A DNA stretch of 64,000 nt from a virus (lineage: Duplodnaviria; Caudoviricetes). The stretch lies in IMG/VR virus record IMGVR_UViG_2974723488_000001, positions 9,899-73,898 of that record. One strand, 5' to 3'. The notes beneath the pieces were generated by a model. The model made no database searches. It was not told the origin of the DNA and saw only the letters and a program-made list of their open reading frames with translations. Positions within the stretch are counted from its first letter, which is position 1. The number at the start of each line of letters is the position of its first letter. The translations under genes and the position numbers were made by a program. Positions 16,330 to 26,404 of the stretch are shown here, in pieces.

Positions 16330-16851
16330 ATGCAGTTGACGGAAGCATCCCTAGTAGCCAAAACCAACAGTTGTGCGTTGGTGAAGGAACTGTTCAAAGC
16401 CGAGTTGCGTCGGCTGGATGGACTGTTGGAGGAAATCGCTTTGGCGAATGACCGCATCAAGGGCATTCCTTTCACTGCGGGTTTCCTCTTCAATGGTGAA
16501 TTCTACAAACGCAACACGGCCAGGAACACTCCGGGCCGTGGAGAGAAAGTAGATCTGGATTACTCGTTGACCGACCAGATGCTGTCCTTCTGCAAGGAAA
16601 CGGCTCTGCTGCTCAATGACATCCAGATGATCAACCAGATGGTTTTTCGGTTGGTCAAAGGCTGTGAAACGAACCAAGATGTGCGTGATGCTCTGCCTGA
16701 ATGCCTTGCTGGATTCAGCGAAGCAATGCGTGCATTACCCAGAACCAGGGAAGCTGGATACACCCTGGAAGGCGATGAGCGTGCTCAACGTCAGTATGCA
16801 AAGATTCTGCCCCGAATGGAGTTCTATTCCGTGATGGGCTTGATCTACTAG
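16330..16851 (+). CDS. conserved N4-like protein (gp38-like)
   Basis: TAAGGAGG SD; QDVRDALPECL; lies between helicase and polymerase. Confidence 0.75.
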   Translation: MQLTEASLVAKTNSCALVKELFKAELRRLDGLLEEIALANDRIKGIPFTAGFLFNGEFYKRNTARNTPGRGEKVDLDYSLTDQMLSFCKETALLLNDIQMINQMVFRLVKGCETNQDVRDALPECLAGFSEAMRALPRTREAGYTLEGDERAQRQYAKILPRMEFYSVMGLIY

Positions 16852-16861
16852 GAGAGGTGCT

Positions 16862-19450
16862 ATGCACTTTGCTACCTATGGGAGCAATCCCACAGGGGCT
16901 TATAAGATCGCTATCCTCGTCTCAACTATCCGCAAGGATGAAATCAAGTCGGCCTACATGGACCGATTTGGTATCAAGGACGAGGATGTGATTGTGATGG
17001 ATCTCCATCAGGCTCCTGGAAAAAAGAAGACTCCTGTGAAGGAGATCAAGGAATACATTCAGGAAGAGGTGTACCCACGTCTGCTGGACTATCAAATCCA
17101 GTACGTGGTGTGTGCTGATCCTGAATATTTCAAGGTGCTATCCGGCTTACCGAAAGCGGACGTGAATCTCGGCTATGTGGTGGACTCCATCATCGATGGT
17201 GTGAAAGTTCTCTACGTGCCGAACTATCGTTCGATCTTCTATGACCCGCCCAAGGTCAAAGCCAAGATTGCACTCGGGATGGACGCTCTCGTTGCTGCCA
17301 TGAGCAACACGTACATCCCCCCTGGTTCCAACATCATCAAGTTTGCGGAGTATCCGCGAACGACTGATGAGATCAAACAGTGGTTGCTGAAGTTGTTGGC
17401 GATGAAGAAGCCTCTGGCTATCGACATCGAAGCATTCGATCTGAAGCACCACAAAGCAGGAATCGGCACGATCACTTTCTGTTGGTCCAAGAGTGAAGGC
17501 ATTGCTTTCCCCGTGGACTATCAGGAAATTCCTGGGGCTACCTCTGCTCCTTATGGAAAGAACGTGCGCAACGAAGATGTGCGGAACATGCTTCGGGAGT
17601 TCTTCGAGCACTACATGGAAACTGCGCTGTATCACAATGCAGCGTATGACGTGTATGTGCTCATTTATCAGCTATTCATGGCTGACATATTGGACACCGA
17701 AGGGTTGCTCAAGGGGATGGAGATCCTCATGAGGAACTATCACTGCACCAAGCTCATCACTTATCTGGCAACGAACAGTTGTGCAGGAAATAAGCTGGGC
17801 TTGAAAGAGCAAGCACAGGAGTATGCAGGCAACTATGCGGTGGAAGAGATCAAGGACATCACCTTGGTTCCGCTGCCCAAGCTGCTTGAGTACAACTTGG
17901 TGGACGGTCTGTCCACTTGGTACACCTTCGAGAAGCGTTATCCCCAGATGATTGCTGATCAACAGGAGGAAGTGTACGAAGGCTTGTTCAAGGATGCGAA
18001 TCTGGACATTGTTCAGATGCAGTTGACGGGCATGCCCATCAACCAGAAGAGGGTGGCAGAGGTCAAGGCGATCATGCAGAAGGACCACGATGTGGCCATG
18101 AGCACGATCCTCAACAACCAAGCAGTGATTTCATTCACTGACGTGCTGAACCAGAAATGGGTAACAGCAAAGAATGCCAAGCTGAAGGTGAAGCGAGTAT
18201 CTCTGGCCGACGCCAAAGAGGTCTTCAATCCCAACAGCAATCCTCAGCTTCAATCGTTGCTTTTCGAGTTCCTGAAGCTGCCGGTGCTGGGACTCACCGA
18301 TAGCAAACAACCATCCACTGATGGCGACACCATCAAGAACTTGCGGAACCATACCAAGGATCCCGTGATTCATGAACTGCTCAATGCACTCATGGACTAC
18401 AACGCAGTGAACAAGATCCTCACAAGCTTCATTCCAGCAATGGAAGAGGCTGCATTGGGTCCGGATGGTTGGCACTACCTCTTCGGCAATTTCGTGCTGG
18501 GTGGCACGGTATCTGGGCGTCTGTCCAGTAACTCCCCGAACCTTCAGAATCTGCCCGCCAAGGGCAAGTATGCAAAGCTGATCAAGTCTTGCTTCCAGGC
18601 ACCGCCTGGATGGATTTTTGCAGGATTGGATTTCGCTTCTCTTGAAGATCGGATCTCTGCCCTCACAACGAAAGACCCGAACAAGCTGAAGGTGTACACC
18701 GATGGCTATGACGGTCACTGCCTACGAGCGTTCTCCTACTTCGGAGACCAGATGCCCGACATCGTGGATACGGTGGAAAGCATCAACTCGATCCAGGACA
18801 AATACGGCGTCCTCCGTGGTGAATCGAAAGCACCGACCTTTGCCCTGACCTATCAAGGCACTTGGATCACGCTGATGAAGAACTGCGGCTTCTCGGAAGA
18901 GAAAGCCAAGCTGGTGGAACGTCGCTACCACGAGCTTTACCAGCACAGCACTCAATGGGTGCAGGACAAGCTGGATCAAGCGGCCAAGGATGGCTACATC
19001 ACAGTGGCCTTCGGTCTGCGTCTACGAACTCCCCTGCTCTATCAGGTGATTCGTGGAACCAGAAGCACTCCCTATGAAGCGGAAGCCGAGGGACGGACTG
19101 CTGGCAATGCCCTGGGGCAAAGCTGGTGCCTGCTGAATAGCAGAGCATGGTCCGAATTCATGGGCAAGGTGAGGAAGTCGGAACACCGGCTGACGATCCG
19201 TCCATGCGCCCAGATTCACGATGCAGGTTACGCACTGATCAAGGATGACATTTCTGTAGTCATGTACATGAATGAACATTTGGTCAAGGCCGTGAACTGG
19301 AACGAGCATCCGGATATCTACCATCCAGATGTTGGTTTGGGTGGGGATTTGTCCCTGTTCTACCCATCGTGGGAAAAAGAAATCACCATCAGCAACGGAG
19401 CCTCCGAAGCCGATGTCATTGCAACCATACAAAAGGCCATGCAACCATGA
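16862..19450 (+). CDS. family A DNA polymerase with 3'-5' exonuclease
   Basis: DIEA exo I, HNAAYD exo II, YNLVD exo III, TVSGRLSS, DFASLE motif A, RGESKAPTFALTY motif B, QIHDA motif C. Confidence 0.96.
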   Translation: MHFATYGSNPTGAYKIAILVSTIRKDEIKSAYMDRFGIKDEDVIVMDLHQAPGKKKTPVKEIKEYIQEEVYPRLLDYQIQYVVCADPEYFKVLSGLPKADVNLGYVVDSIIDGVKVLYVPNYRSIFYDPPKVKAKIALGMDALVAAMSNTYIPPGSNIIKFAEYPRTTDEIKQWLLKLLAMKKPLAIDIEAFDLKHHKAGIGTITFCWSKSEGIAFPVDYQEIPGATSAPYGKNVRNEDVRNMLREFFEHYMETALYHNAAYDVYVLIYQLFMADILDTEGLLKGMEILMRNYHCTKLITYLATNSCAGNKLGLKEQAQEYAGNYAVEEIKDITLVPLPKLLEYNLVDGLSTWYTFEKRYPQMIADQQEEVYEGLFKDANLDIVQMQLTGMPINQKRVAEVKAIMQKDHDVAMSTILNNQAVISFTDVLNQKWVTAKNAKLKVKRVSLADAKEVFNPNSNPQLQSLLFEFLKLPVLGLTDSKQPSTDGDTIKNLRNHTKDPVIHELLNALMDYNAVNKILTSFIPAMEEAALGPDGWHYLFGNFVLGGTVSGRLSSNSPNLQNLPAKGKYAKLIKSCFQAPPGWIFAGLDFASLEDRISALTTKDPNKLKVYTDGYDGHCLRAFSYFGDQMPDIVDTVESINSIQDKYGVLRGESKAPTFALTYQGTWITLMKNCGFSEEKAKLVERRYHELYQHSTQWVQDKLDQAAKDGYITVAFGLRLRTPLLYQVIRGTRSTPYEAEAEGRTAGNALGQSWCLLNSRAWSEFMGKVRKSEHRLTIRPCAQIHDAGYALIKDDISVVMYMNEHLVKAVNWNEHPDIYHPDVGLGGDLSLFYPSWEKEITISNGASEADVIATIQKAMQP

Positions 19451-19896
19451 GCACGAAGCAATCGAGCAACACCGCCCCCAAGTACCACCACTGGCTCATC
19501 TGCGCCCTGGTGGTGTTCCAGATCAAGGATCCCAAGCCCGGTGAAGATGCCGGTGCTGCCATGCAGGTCAATGCCGTCCTGCACACCAAGGAAAAGAACA
19601 TCACCGCCGCCGACATGGGCCGTGCTCAAGCCGTCGTCATGCACAACTTCACCGACAAGGTGCAGGACGAGCGCATGAAGATCATGGACATCGTGTGGCA
19701 GAACCTGTCGCACATGGGCTACATGAGCCAGGCTGAATACCTGGGAGCCAAGGAAGGCCAGGCCCTGGTCGAACGTGAAGTTCCCCGCACCTCCAGCGGC
19801 GAGAGCCTGGAGAAGACCCCTGCCCGTGTCCTGTCGGTCATCGAAGGTGGCAAGCCTGTCCCCACTTCCGACGGCGTGGCCCCCGGCGAGGACTAA
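19447..19896 (+). CDS. hypothetical protein (gp40-like position)
   Basis: ATGA coupling to the polymerase stop. Confidence 0.7.
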   Translation: MSTKQSSNTAPKYHHWLICALVVFQIKDPKPGEDAGAAMQVNAVLHTKEKNITAADMGRAQAVVMHNFTDKVQDERMKIMDIVWQNLSHMGYMSQAEYLGAKEGQALVEREVPRTSSGESLEKTPARVLSVIEGGKPVPTSDGVAPGED

Positions 19897-19899
19897 GCC

Positions 19900-20370
19900 A
19901 TGGCTGCGGAAAATTCGGGAGGACGGGTAAACTACTACCTCGTCAGCGTGGATCACCCGCAGCGTGAGGAACAGCCTGCCTACCAAGCAGAGTGTGAGGA
20001 CATCATCGAAGCTCTGGAACTCAACTTCGATGAAGCCAACATCTTCAAGGAAATCTGGCGTACCGCTCGCGCTCACCAGGGATCCAAGAAGGAAGGCAAT
20101 ACCACCCTGCGTGCAGCCCAGAAGATCGTGCATTACGCAGGTCGTATCCTTCGTCGAGTCACCCGCCAGCAGGCGACTGCTGTTCAGGATGGCTGGATGG
20201 CTTGGGGTGGCAGGCTGATATCACCGATGGAATTGAAAAGCACAGACGCTGTGTTGATCAAAACCAAGGATGGCAATTCGTCAGGGCCGTACCACGTCAT
20301 GGACTTGCAGTGGCAGCATGACAAAAGTGCCAGTGACGGTTCCAAAATAACGCACTACCGCAAGGTGTGA
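19900..20370 (+). CDS. conserved phage protein (gp41-like)
   Basis: SGGRVNYY...AECEDIIEAL...NIFKEIWR, a pattern recalled from N4-like phages. Confidence 0.7.
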   Translation: MAAENSGGRVNYYLVSVDHPQREEQPAYQAECEDIIEALELNFDEANIFKEIWRTARAHQGSKKEGNTTLRAAQKIVHYAGRILRRVTRQQATAVQDGWMAWGGRLISPMELKSTDAVLIKTKDGNSSGPYHVMDLQWQHDKSASDGSKITHYRKV

Positions 20371-20374
20371 TCCC

Positions 20375-20400
20375 AAGCCCCCATAGTCTGGGGGCTTTCT
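20375..20400 (+). terminator. candidate terminator
   Basis: AAGCCCCCA-TAGTC-TGGGGGCTTTCT. Confidence 0.65.
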
Positions 20401-20419
20401 AATCTTCAGGAGATCAGCA

Positions 20420-21412
20420 ATGCGTATCACCAACCTCGCAGGAGTGTCACTGCCCTTGGCAGTGTGGCTCCTGTATGACGAGTACGACTACATCAAAGAG
20501 GAAAACTACATCAGTGCCACTGGCCTGATGAAGCCTCTGCGACAGATCGTGCTCGCCAATCGGGTGGACAAGGAAACTCAGTCCCTCGATGTGCTGGATC
20601 TGTTCCGCTCTTCACTGGGTCATGCTCTGCATGATTCCATCGAGAAGGCATGGCTCAAGGGCCACCGCCGCAGTCTCAAGCTGCTGGGCTATCCCGAGAA
20701 TGTCATCGACATGGTACGGATCAACCCCACCGATGCCGAACTGGCGGCCACTCCTGGCTGCATTCCGGTGTACATGGAGCAACGGAACATCCGTGAGATT
20801 GAAGTGGACGGTCACGTCTACAAGATCGGCGGCAAGTTCGATCTGTGTATCGAAGGCATGTTGCAGGACTACAAGTCCACTTCAGCCTTTGTCTGGGTCG
20901 CAGGTTCCCGTGACGATGAACATCGTGAACAGGGAAGCATCTATCGTTGGCTGCATCGTGACAAGATCACCAGCGACCATATCCGCATCAACTACATCTT
21001 CACGGACTGGAAGAAGTACGAGACGAAGAACAACCCGAAGTATCCCGAGCATCCCATCATGCACAAGGACATTTCGTTGTGGTCGATAGCGGAAACGGAA
21101 GAGTGGATCAAAGCCAAGATCCGCCAGATCATCAAACACCAGGATGCACCCGAACCCAAGATTCCGGAATGCACTGACGAAGAACTGTGGAAGTCCGATC
21201 CGGTCTACAAGTATTTCTCCGATCCGGAGAAAGCCAAGATTCCTGGTTCGCGTTCCACCAAGAACTTCGACAGCATGCCTGAAGCTCGCGTCTTCATGAT
21301 GACCGAGAAGAAGGGCAAGGGAACCATTGTGACTGTGCCAGGAGAACCCAAACGGTGCAGCTACTGTGGTGTATTCGACGTGTGCAGTCAAAAGGACAGG
21401 TACATCAAATGA
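20420..21412 (+). CDS. PD-(D/E)XK (Cas4/RecB-like) exonuclease (gp42-like)
   Basis: GHALHDSIE, EQR, GKFD...DYKST, C-terminal CSYC...C. Confidence 0.8.
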   Translation: MRITNLAGVSLPLAVWLLYDEYDYIKEENYISATGLMKPLRQIVLANRVDKETQSLDVLDLFRSSLGHALHDSIEKAWLKGHRRSLKLLGYPENVIDMVRINPTDAELAATPGCIPVYMEQRNIREIEVDGHVYKIGGKFDLCIEGMLQDYKSTSAFVWVAGSRDDEHREQGSIYRWLHRDKITSDHIRINYIFTDWKKYETKNNPKYPEHPIMHKDISLWSIAETEEWIKAKIRQIIKHQDAPEPKIPECTDEELWKSDPVYKYFSDPEKAKIPGSRSTKNFDSMPEARVFMMTEKKGKGTIVTVPGEPKRCSYCGVFDVCSQKDRYIK

Positions 21413-23571
21413 GCATTGACCTCACCGGGGTCACGCACCACCCCGCAATCGAACAGATTGTGGATGTGTTGTGCAACAAGACCCAGAACACTGACCGGGG
21501 GTTCTTCCGTGTCGAGGCGGCCTACTTCTTGGCGAAGATGGCTGCATCGCAGCGGGCAACCATCGTCACCAAGGATCGTGGCGAAATCCCGGTCAACATC
21601 TATGCCTTGGCCTTGGCAACATCGGGCTATGGCAAGGGCCACAGCGTGAACATCGTGGAAACGGAGTTCCTCGCTGGGTTCAAGAAGCGTTTCGTTGAGG
21701 AAACGATGCCTCTCCAGGCCGACCAGCATCTTTGGTATCTGGCCAATTCCCGTGCTGCACGCAACGGGAGTGATCAACAGGAAGAGTACGACAAGCTGGC
21801 GAAGGAATATCACCGCCAGGGAACGTATCCCTTCACCTTCGACTCTGGTACTGCACCGGCCGTTAAGCAACTGCGTCATCGCTTGTTGCTGGCTAACTGT
21901 GGTTCCATCAACCTCCAGATCGACGAGATTGGTTCCAACCTCGTCAATGAAGTCGAAGTGCTCAACGTGTTTCTGGAACTGTATGACCAGGGCATGGTGA
22001 AGCTGAAGCTCGTCAAGAACACTGCGGATAACACCCGTGGTGAGGAACTGGATGGAAAGACTCCTGCCAACATGCTGCTGTTCGGTACTCCGAGCAAGCT
22101 GCTGGATGGTGGACAGACTGAAAACCTGTTCTACGACTTCCTGGAAACGGGCTATGCCCGTCGTTGTATCTTCGGCATTGGTCAACAGGACCGCAAGGCC
22201 ATTCACAGCCAAACGCCCGAAGAGATCTACAAGCGTCTGACGGACACCAGCAATTCGTCCACGGTGAGCCATTGGGCAACCCACTTCCATTCGCTGGCTG
22301 CACCCACGAAGTTCGGTTGGAAGATGCAAGTGGAAGATGATGTCGGCATTGCGCTGATCGCCTACAAGGCGGACTGCGAGATGCAGGCAGAAGCCATGGC
22401 AGACCACGAAGAAATCCGCAAAGCGGAAATCAGCCACCGTTACTTCAAGGCTCTCAAACTGGCAGGTGCGTTGGCATTCGTGGATGAGTCCATGGAAATC
22501 GAAATGGACCACCTGAAGCAAGCCATCCTGCTGGTGGAAGAATCCGGTACTGCATTCCAATCGATCCTCAATCGTGAGAAGACCTATGTCAAGCTGGCCA
22601 AGTATCTGGCAAGCGTCGGCACGGAACAAACTCACGCAGATCTGCTGGAAGCGTTGCCCTTCTACAAGAGCGGCAATGCTGCTCGAAACGAGATGATGAC
22701 CTTGGCTATCGCCTGGGGCTACAAGCAACACATCATCATCAAGAAGACGTATGTCGATGGTATCGACTTCTTCCGTGGGGAATCCCTGAAGGAGACCGAT
22801 CTCAACGACATGATGCTGTCGTACAGCGACAACTGGGCCTATGGCTACAGCAAGGATCCGAACAAGATCCCGTTCGACAAGCTCCACGTCTTGACCCAGG
22901 CACCTGGTATGCACTGGGCCAACCACTACTTCAAGAAAGATCATCGTGCAGAAGAGAATGCAATTGCAGGCTTCAACATGATCGTGATCGACGTGGACGG
23001 CGATGTCTCGCTGGAGACGTGTCACGAACTGATGAAGGACTACAAGTTCATGACCTACACGACGAAGCGACACACCGAAGAGGAAAATCGCTTCCGTCTG
23101 ATCCTGCCGATGAACTACACGCTGGAACTGGACTCCGAGGAATACAAGGAATTCATGAACAACGTGATGGAGTGGCTTCCGTTCAAGACGGATGAGTCGG
23201 CCAATCAGCGATCCAAGAAGTGGATGACCTGCGATCAGGGCAGCTACCACTACAACATGGATGCGCCTTTGCTGGATGTGCGGGACTTCATCCCCCGCAC
23301 GACCAAGAACGAACAGTTCAAGCAAGGCATGCAGAAGGTTGAATCGCTGGACAATCTGGAGCGTTGGTTCGCCCAACGGATTGCTACGGGTAACCGGAAC
23401 AATCACATGCTCAAGTTTGCCCTGGCTCTGGTGGACTCGGGCAAGGAGTTTGGTGAGGTGCGGACCTTGGTTCACGCCTTCAACAAGAAGCTCAACAATC
23501 CCTTGGATACCGATGAGCTTGACTCCACCGTGTTGGTGACCGCTGCGAAGCGCTATAACGCCAACAATTGA
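21409..23571 (+). CDS. DNA primase/helicase-like protein (N4 gp43)
   Basis: SGYGKG P-loop, IDEIG, IDVDG primase-polymerase motif, RFRLILP, GNRN PriCT-like end. Confidence 0.85.
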   Translation: MSIDLTGVTHHPAIEQIVDVLCNKTQNTDRGFFRVEAAYFLAKMAASQRATIVTKDRGEIPVNIYALALATSGYGKGHSVNIVETEFLAGFKKRFVEETMPLQADQHLWYLANSRAARNGSDQQEEYDKLAKEYHRQGTYPFTFDSGTAPAVKQLRHRLLLANCGSINLQIDEIGSNLVNEVEVLNVFLELYDQGMVKLKLVKNTADNTRGEELDGKTPANMLLFGTPSKLLDGGQTENLFYDFLETGYARRCIFGIGQQDRKAIHSQTPEEIYKRLTDTSNSSTVSHWATHFHSLAAPTKFGWKMQVEDDVGIALIAYKADCEMQAEAMADHEEIRKAEISHRYFKALKLAGALAFVDESMEIEMDHLKQAILLVEESGTAFQSILNREKTYVKLAKYLASVGTEQTHADLLEALPFYKSGNAARNEMMTLAIAWGYKQHIIIKKTYVDGIDFFRGESLKETDLNDMMLSYSDNWAYGYSKDPNKIPFDKLHVLTQAPGMHWANHYFKKDHRAEENAIAGFNMIVIDVDGDVSLETCHELMKDYKFMTYTTKRHTEEENRFRLILPMNYTLELDSEEYKEFMNNVMEWLPFKTDESANQRSKKWMTCDQGSYHYNMDAPLLDVRDFIPRTTKNEQFKQGMQKVESLDNLERWFAQRIATGNRNNHMLKFALALVDSGKEFGEVRTLVHAFNKKLNNPLDTDELDSTVLVTAAKRYNANN

Positions 23572-23577
23572 GAAACC

Positions 23578-23610
23578 GACCAGTCCTTTGCTTGGTCTTA
23601 GCGACTGGTC
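23578..23610. repeat. 8-bp inverted repeat in the intergenic gap
   Basis: GACCAGTC-N17-GACTGGTC. Confidence 0.5.
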
Positions 23611-23628
23611 ATTTCCAGTGAGGAAACC

Positions 23629-24393
23629 ATGAGCGATACGCAAGAAGACCTCGAACCTATCGAGGTAAATGATCAGCTAGTGCTGATTGCAGGATTCTCT
23701 GGTGAAGGAAAGAGCGCAAGCTTGCGCAACATCCGGAACCAGGAACGATGGGTGTACTTGAACTGCGAAGCTGGTAAGCGGTTGCCGTTCAAGAACAACT
23801 TCCGGAATGTACGGGTCACTGATCCGTATGAAGTGCTGTCGTATTTCGACGAATGCACCAAGCCGGAAAACATCGATAAGGTCGATGGCATTATCATCGA
23901 CTCGTCCACCTTCCTGATGGACATGTTCGAGTCGCAGTATATCGTCGGAGCCAGGGACACCATGGCCGGATGGGCTGCGTACAACCAGTTCTTCAAGTCG
24001 CTGATGCAGCAGCGAGTCACGTTGTTTGGCAAGCCTGTCATCATCTTGGCTCACTTGCTGGATGTGCTCGACGAGAAGAACATGGAAATCAAGACCAGTG
24101 TGCCCGTCAAGGGTGCATTGAAGAACAACGGCATTGAAGCCTACTTCAGTACCGTCGTTGTTGCCAAGAAGGTTCCCATCAAGGAACTGGAGAAGTTCGG
24201 CAACAAGATGCTGGAGATCACCGAAGACGAGAAGGAACTCGGTTTCAAGCACGTCTTCCAAACCCGCATCACCCAGAAGACCACCGGCTATCGTATCCGC
24301 AGCCCGATGGGCATGTTCACTCGTGAACAGACCTACACGGACAACTGCGCACAAAAGCTGTTGGATCACCTCACCGAATTCTACGGCGTCTAA
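23629..24393 (+). CDS. AAA_24/Sak4-like ATPase (gp44-like)
   Basis: GFSGEGKS, IIIDS, ILAH, RSPMGMF. Confidence 0.82.
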   Translation: MSDTQEDLEPIEVNDQLVLIAGFSGEGKSASLRNIRNQERWVYLNCEAGKRLPFKNNFRNVRVTDPYEVLSYFDECTKPENIDKVDGIIIDSSTFLMDMFESQYIVGARDTMAGWAAYNQFFKSLMQQRVTLFGKPVIILAHLLDVLDEKNMEIKTSVPVKGALKNNGIEAYFSTVVVAKKVPIKELEKFGNKMLEITEDEKELGFKHVFQTRITQKTTGYRIRSPMGMFTREQTYTDNCAQKLLDHLTEFYGV

Positions 24394-24421
24394 GCCGTAG
24401 CGCATTACAAGGAAACACATC

Positions 24422-25195
24422 ATGAGCACTCTGTTCTCCAGCCTCGCCGACTCGACCAAAGGCATGGAAGCCGCCAAAGACTCCCTGGGCGGATTCCGCG
24501 CCCGTGAGTCGGACCTGTACGATGCGATCCTGAAGGTCGCTTACGTGGGCCAATCGGCTGGTGGCGCGAACTTCATGGAACTCGTCTTCACCCTGGCCGA
24601 CGGCACCGACTACAAGGAACGCCAGTTCTTCACCAGCGGCAAGGACAAGGGCCAGAAGCCGTACTACGAGAAGGGCGACAAGAAGCTGCCCCTGCCCGGC
24701 TACACCATCGTGAGCGACCTGCTGCGCATCACCGCTGGCACCACCCTCGAAACGACCGAGTTCGAGGAAAAACAGGTCAACGTCTACGACGCCGACCAGA
24801 AGAAGGATCTGCCGAAGGCCGTCATGGTCCCGGTCGAAGCCCTGGGCAAGAAGGTCACGCTGGGTATCCAGAAGGTTCTGGAAATCAAGCAGAAGAAGAA
24901 CGAAGCCACCGGCGAATACGAGGACACGGACGAAACCCGTGAAATCAACCAGATCGACAAGCTGTTCGACACCGACAGCGGCCTGACCGTCGTCGAAGCT
25001 CTGACCGCTCATCAAGCTGGCAACGACAAGCCGGAACCCGTCTTCCGCGACGAATGGCTCAAGGCCAACCAAGGCAAGACCCGTGACAACACCAAGAAGG
25101 GCGGCGCCAAGGGCAATGCCGGAGCCAAGGAAGCCCCGAAGGCTGCTGGTGCTACCGGTGGTGCTCCGGCCGTCAAGAAGTCGCTGTTCGGCTGA
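24422..25195 (+). CDS. ssb: single-stranded DNA-binding protein (N4SSB/gp45-like)
   Basis: Synteny, 257 aa, LPLPGY, Lys/Ala/Gly-rich tail ending KKSLFG. Confidence 0.85.
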   Translation: MSTLFSSLADSTKGMEAAKDSLGGFRARESDLYDAILKVAYVGQSAGGANFMELVFTLADGTDYKERQFFTSGKDKGQKPYYEKGDKKLPLPGYTIVSDLLRITAGTTLETTEFEEKQVNVYDADQKKDLPKAVMVPVEALGKKVTLGIQKVLEIKQKKNEATGEYEDTDETREINQIDKLFDTDSGLTVVEALTAHQAGNDKPEPVFRDEWLKANQGKTRDNTKKGGAKGNAGAKEAPKAAGATGGAPAVKKSLFG

Positions 25196-25197
25196 TC

Positions 25198-25758
25198 ATG
25201 CGTATCCCGATCCTCGGCATGGACCCCAGTATGCGGAACTGGGGTTTGGCATTCAGCCACTTGGATCTGGAAGATGGAACCATGGATCCCCCGACCCTCG
25301 CTGTCGTGAAAACGGCAGAAGAGGCGAAGGGGAAACAGGTCCGCATGAACAGCTATGACATCGAGCAGGCTCAGACGCTGTATGGGGAGGTTCTTCCCAT
25401 GGCTCTGGCCAGCAAGGTGATATTCGTAGAGGTTCCCCATGGTTCCCAAAGTGCATCCGGCATGAAGGGGTATGGCATGTGCATCGGGATTCTCGGTGCA
25501 TTGCGTGCTCAAGGCATCCCCTTCATCGAAGTGACGGAAAGCGAGTCCAAGAAGTTGTTTGCGGGTGACCGCAATGCAACCAAGGACATGATGATCCAAG
25601 CTGCCAGAAGCTGGTATCCCACAGCCAACTGGCCGATGCACAGCGGAAAGATCAACGCATCCAAGGCTGAACACATGGCAGATGCTATCGCTGCCATTCA
25701 CGCGGGGGTTCGTACCTCGCAATTTCAACAACTCATCAGGCTGCTGAAAGCAGTCTAG
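25198..25758 (+). CDS. RuvC-like Holliday junction resolvase
   Basis: ILGMDPSMRNWG, VEVP, ATKDMMI, HMADAIA. Confidence 0.85.
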   Translation: MRIPILGMDPSMRNWGLAFSHLDLEDGTMDPPTLAVVKTAEEAKGKQVRMNSYDIEQAQTLYGEVLPMALASKVIFVEVPHGSQSASGMKGYGMCIGILGALRAQGIPFIEVTESESKKLFAGDRNATKDMMIQAARSWYPTANWPMHSGKINASKAEHMADAIAAIHAGVRTSQFQQLIRLLKAV

Positions 25759-25767
25759 GAGAGCATC

Positions 25768-26175
25768 ATGCAAATCACTCTGACGCAAGCCGAAATCGAA
25801 CAGGCGCTGAAGAACCATGTGAACGAGATCATGACCATCAAGGATGGCATGGACTACCGCTTCGCATTCAAGGCCGGTCGTGGTGAAGACGGTCTGTCCG
25901 TCGCCATCGACATCGAGAAGGCTGCTCCGGTCACGCAAGTCCCCTCGACGCCGGTCAAGCGTGCTCCGGCCATCAGCAAGGTGGAAACGCCCGCTGCCGA
26001 ACCCAAGCCGGAAGCCAAGGTCGAACCGGCACCGCCGTTCACCCCGGACGCTGAAGTACCCATCGCGGCTCAACCGCAGAAGGAACAGGCGGCTGAACAA
26101 GCTCCCGCCCAGGAAGCTGCTGCCGAAGCCGCTCCGAAGCGTGCCAGCCTGTTTGGCGATCTGGCCAACAAGTAA
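25768..26175 (+). CDS. hypothetical protein with Pro/Ala-rich linker (gp47-like)
   Basis: AGGAG SD; MQITLTQAEIEQAL; ends SLFGDLANK. Confidence 0.8.
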   Translation: MQITLTQAEIEQALKNHVNEIMTIKDGMDYRFAFKAGRGEDGLSVAIDIEKAAPVTQVPSTPVKRAPAISKVETPAAEPKPEAKVEPAPPFTPDAEVPIAAQPQKEQAAEQAPAQEAAAEAAPKRASLFGDLANK

Positions 26176-26187
26176 TCGGGTCCAGCC

Positions 26188-26370
26188 ATGACGGCAGGAA
26201 AGCTGCTTGCGTATTTGGTGATTGCGGCCATGATGTACTTACTCCTGACATCATGGGTGCATGCGTCGGCACCATACATCGCAATTGCGCTGATTGCTGT
26301 CTTCGTCTGGAAGGTCATCCTTCCAAGAGAGACTGGCCGTCCTGATGAGGACACGCCCGACAAGCAGTAA
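26188..26370 (+). CDS. small two-helix membrane protein (gp48-like)
   Basis: Two hydrophobic stretches in 60 aa. Confidence 0.7.
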   Translation: MTAGKLLAYLVIAAMMYLLLTSWVHASAPYIAIALIAVFVWKVILPRETGRPDEDTPDKQ

Positions 26371-26404
26371 AAGAGAAAGCCCCCATCACTGGGGGCTTTC
26401 TTTT
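26369..26404. terminator. bidirectional terminator between convergent gene blocks
   Basis: AAAAGAGAAAGCCCCCA-TCAC-TGGGGGCTTTCTTTT. Confidence 0.88.

Noticed and set aside
20420-21412. Cas4-like nuclease as a sign of a CRISPR system
   Set aside because: No repeat-spacer array or other cas genes were seen; it sits in the conserved replication block.
1636-24477. Long minus strand ORFs opposite middle genes (e.g. 1636-3177, 8854-11424, 21388-23643)
   Set aside because: They lie opposite well-supported + strand genes; shadow ORFs.
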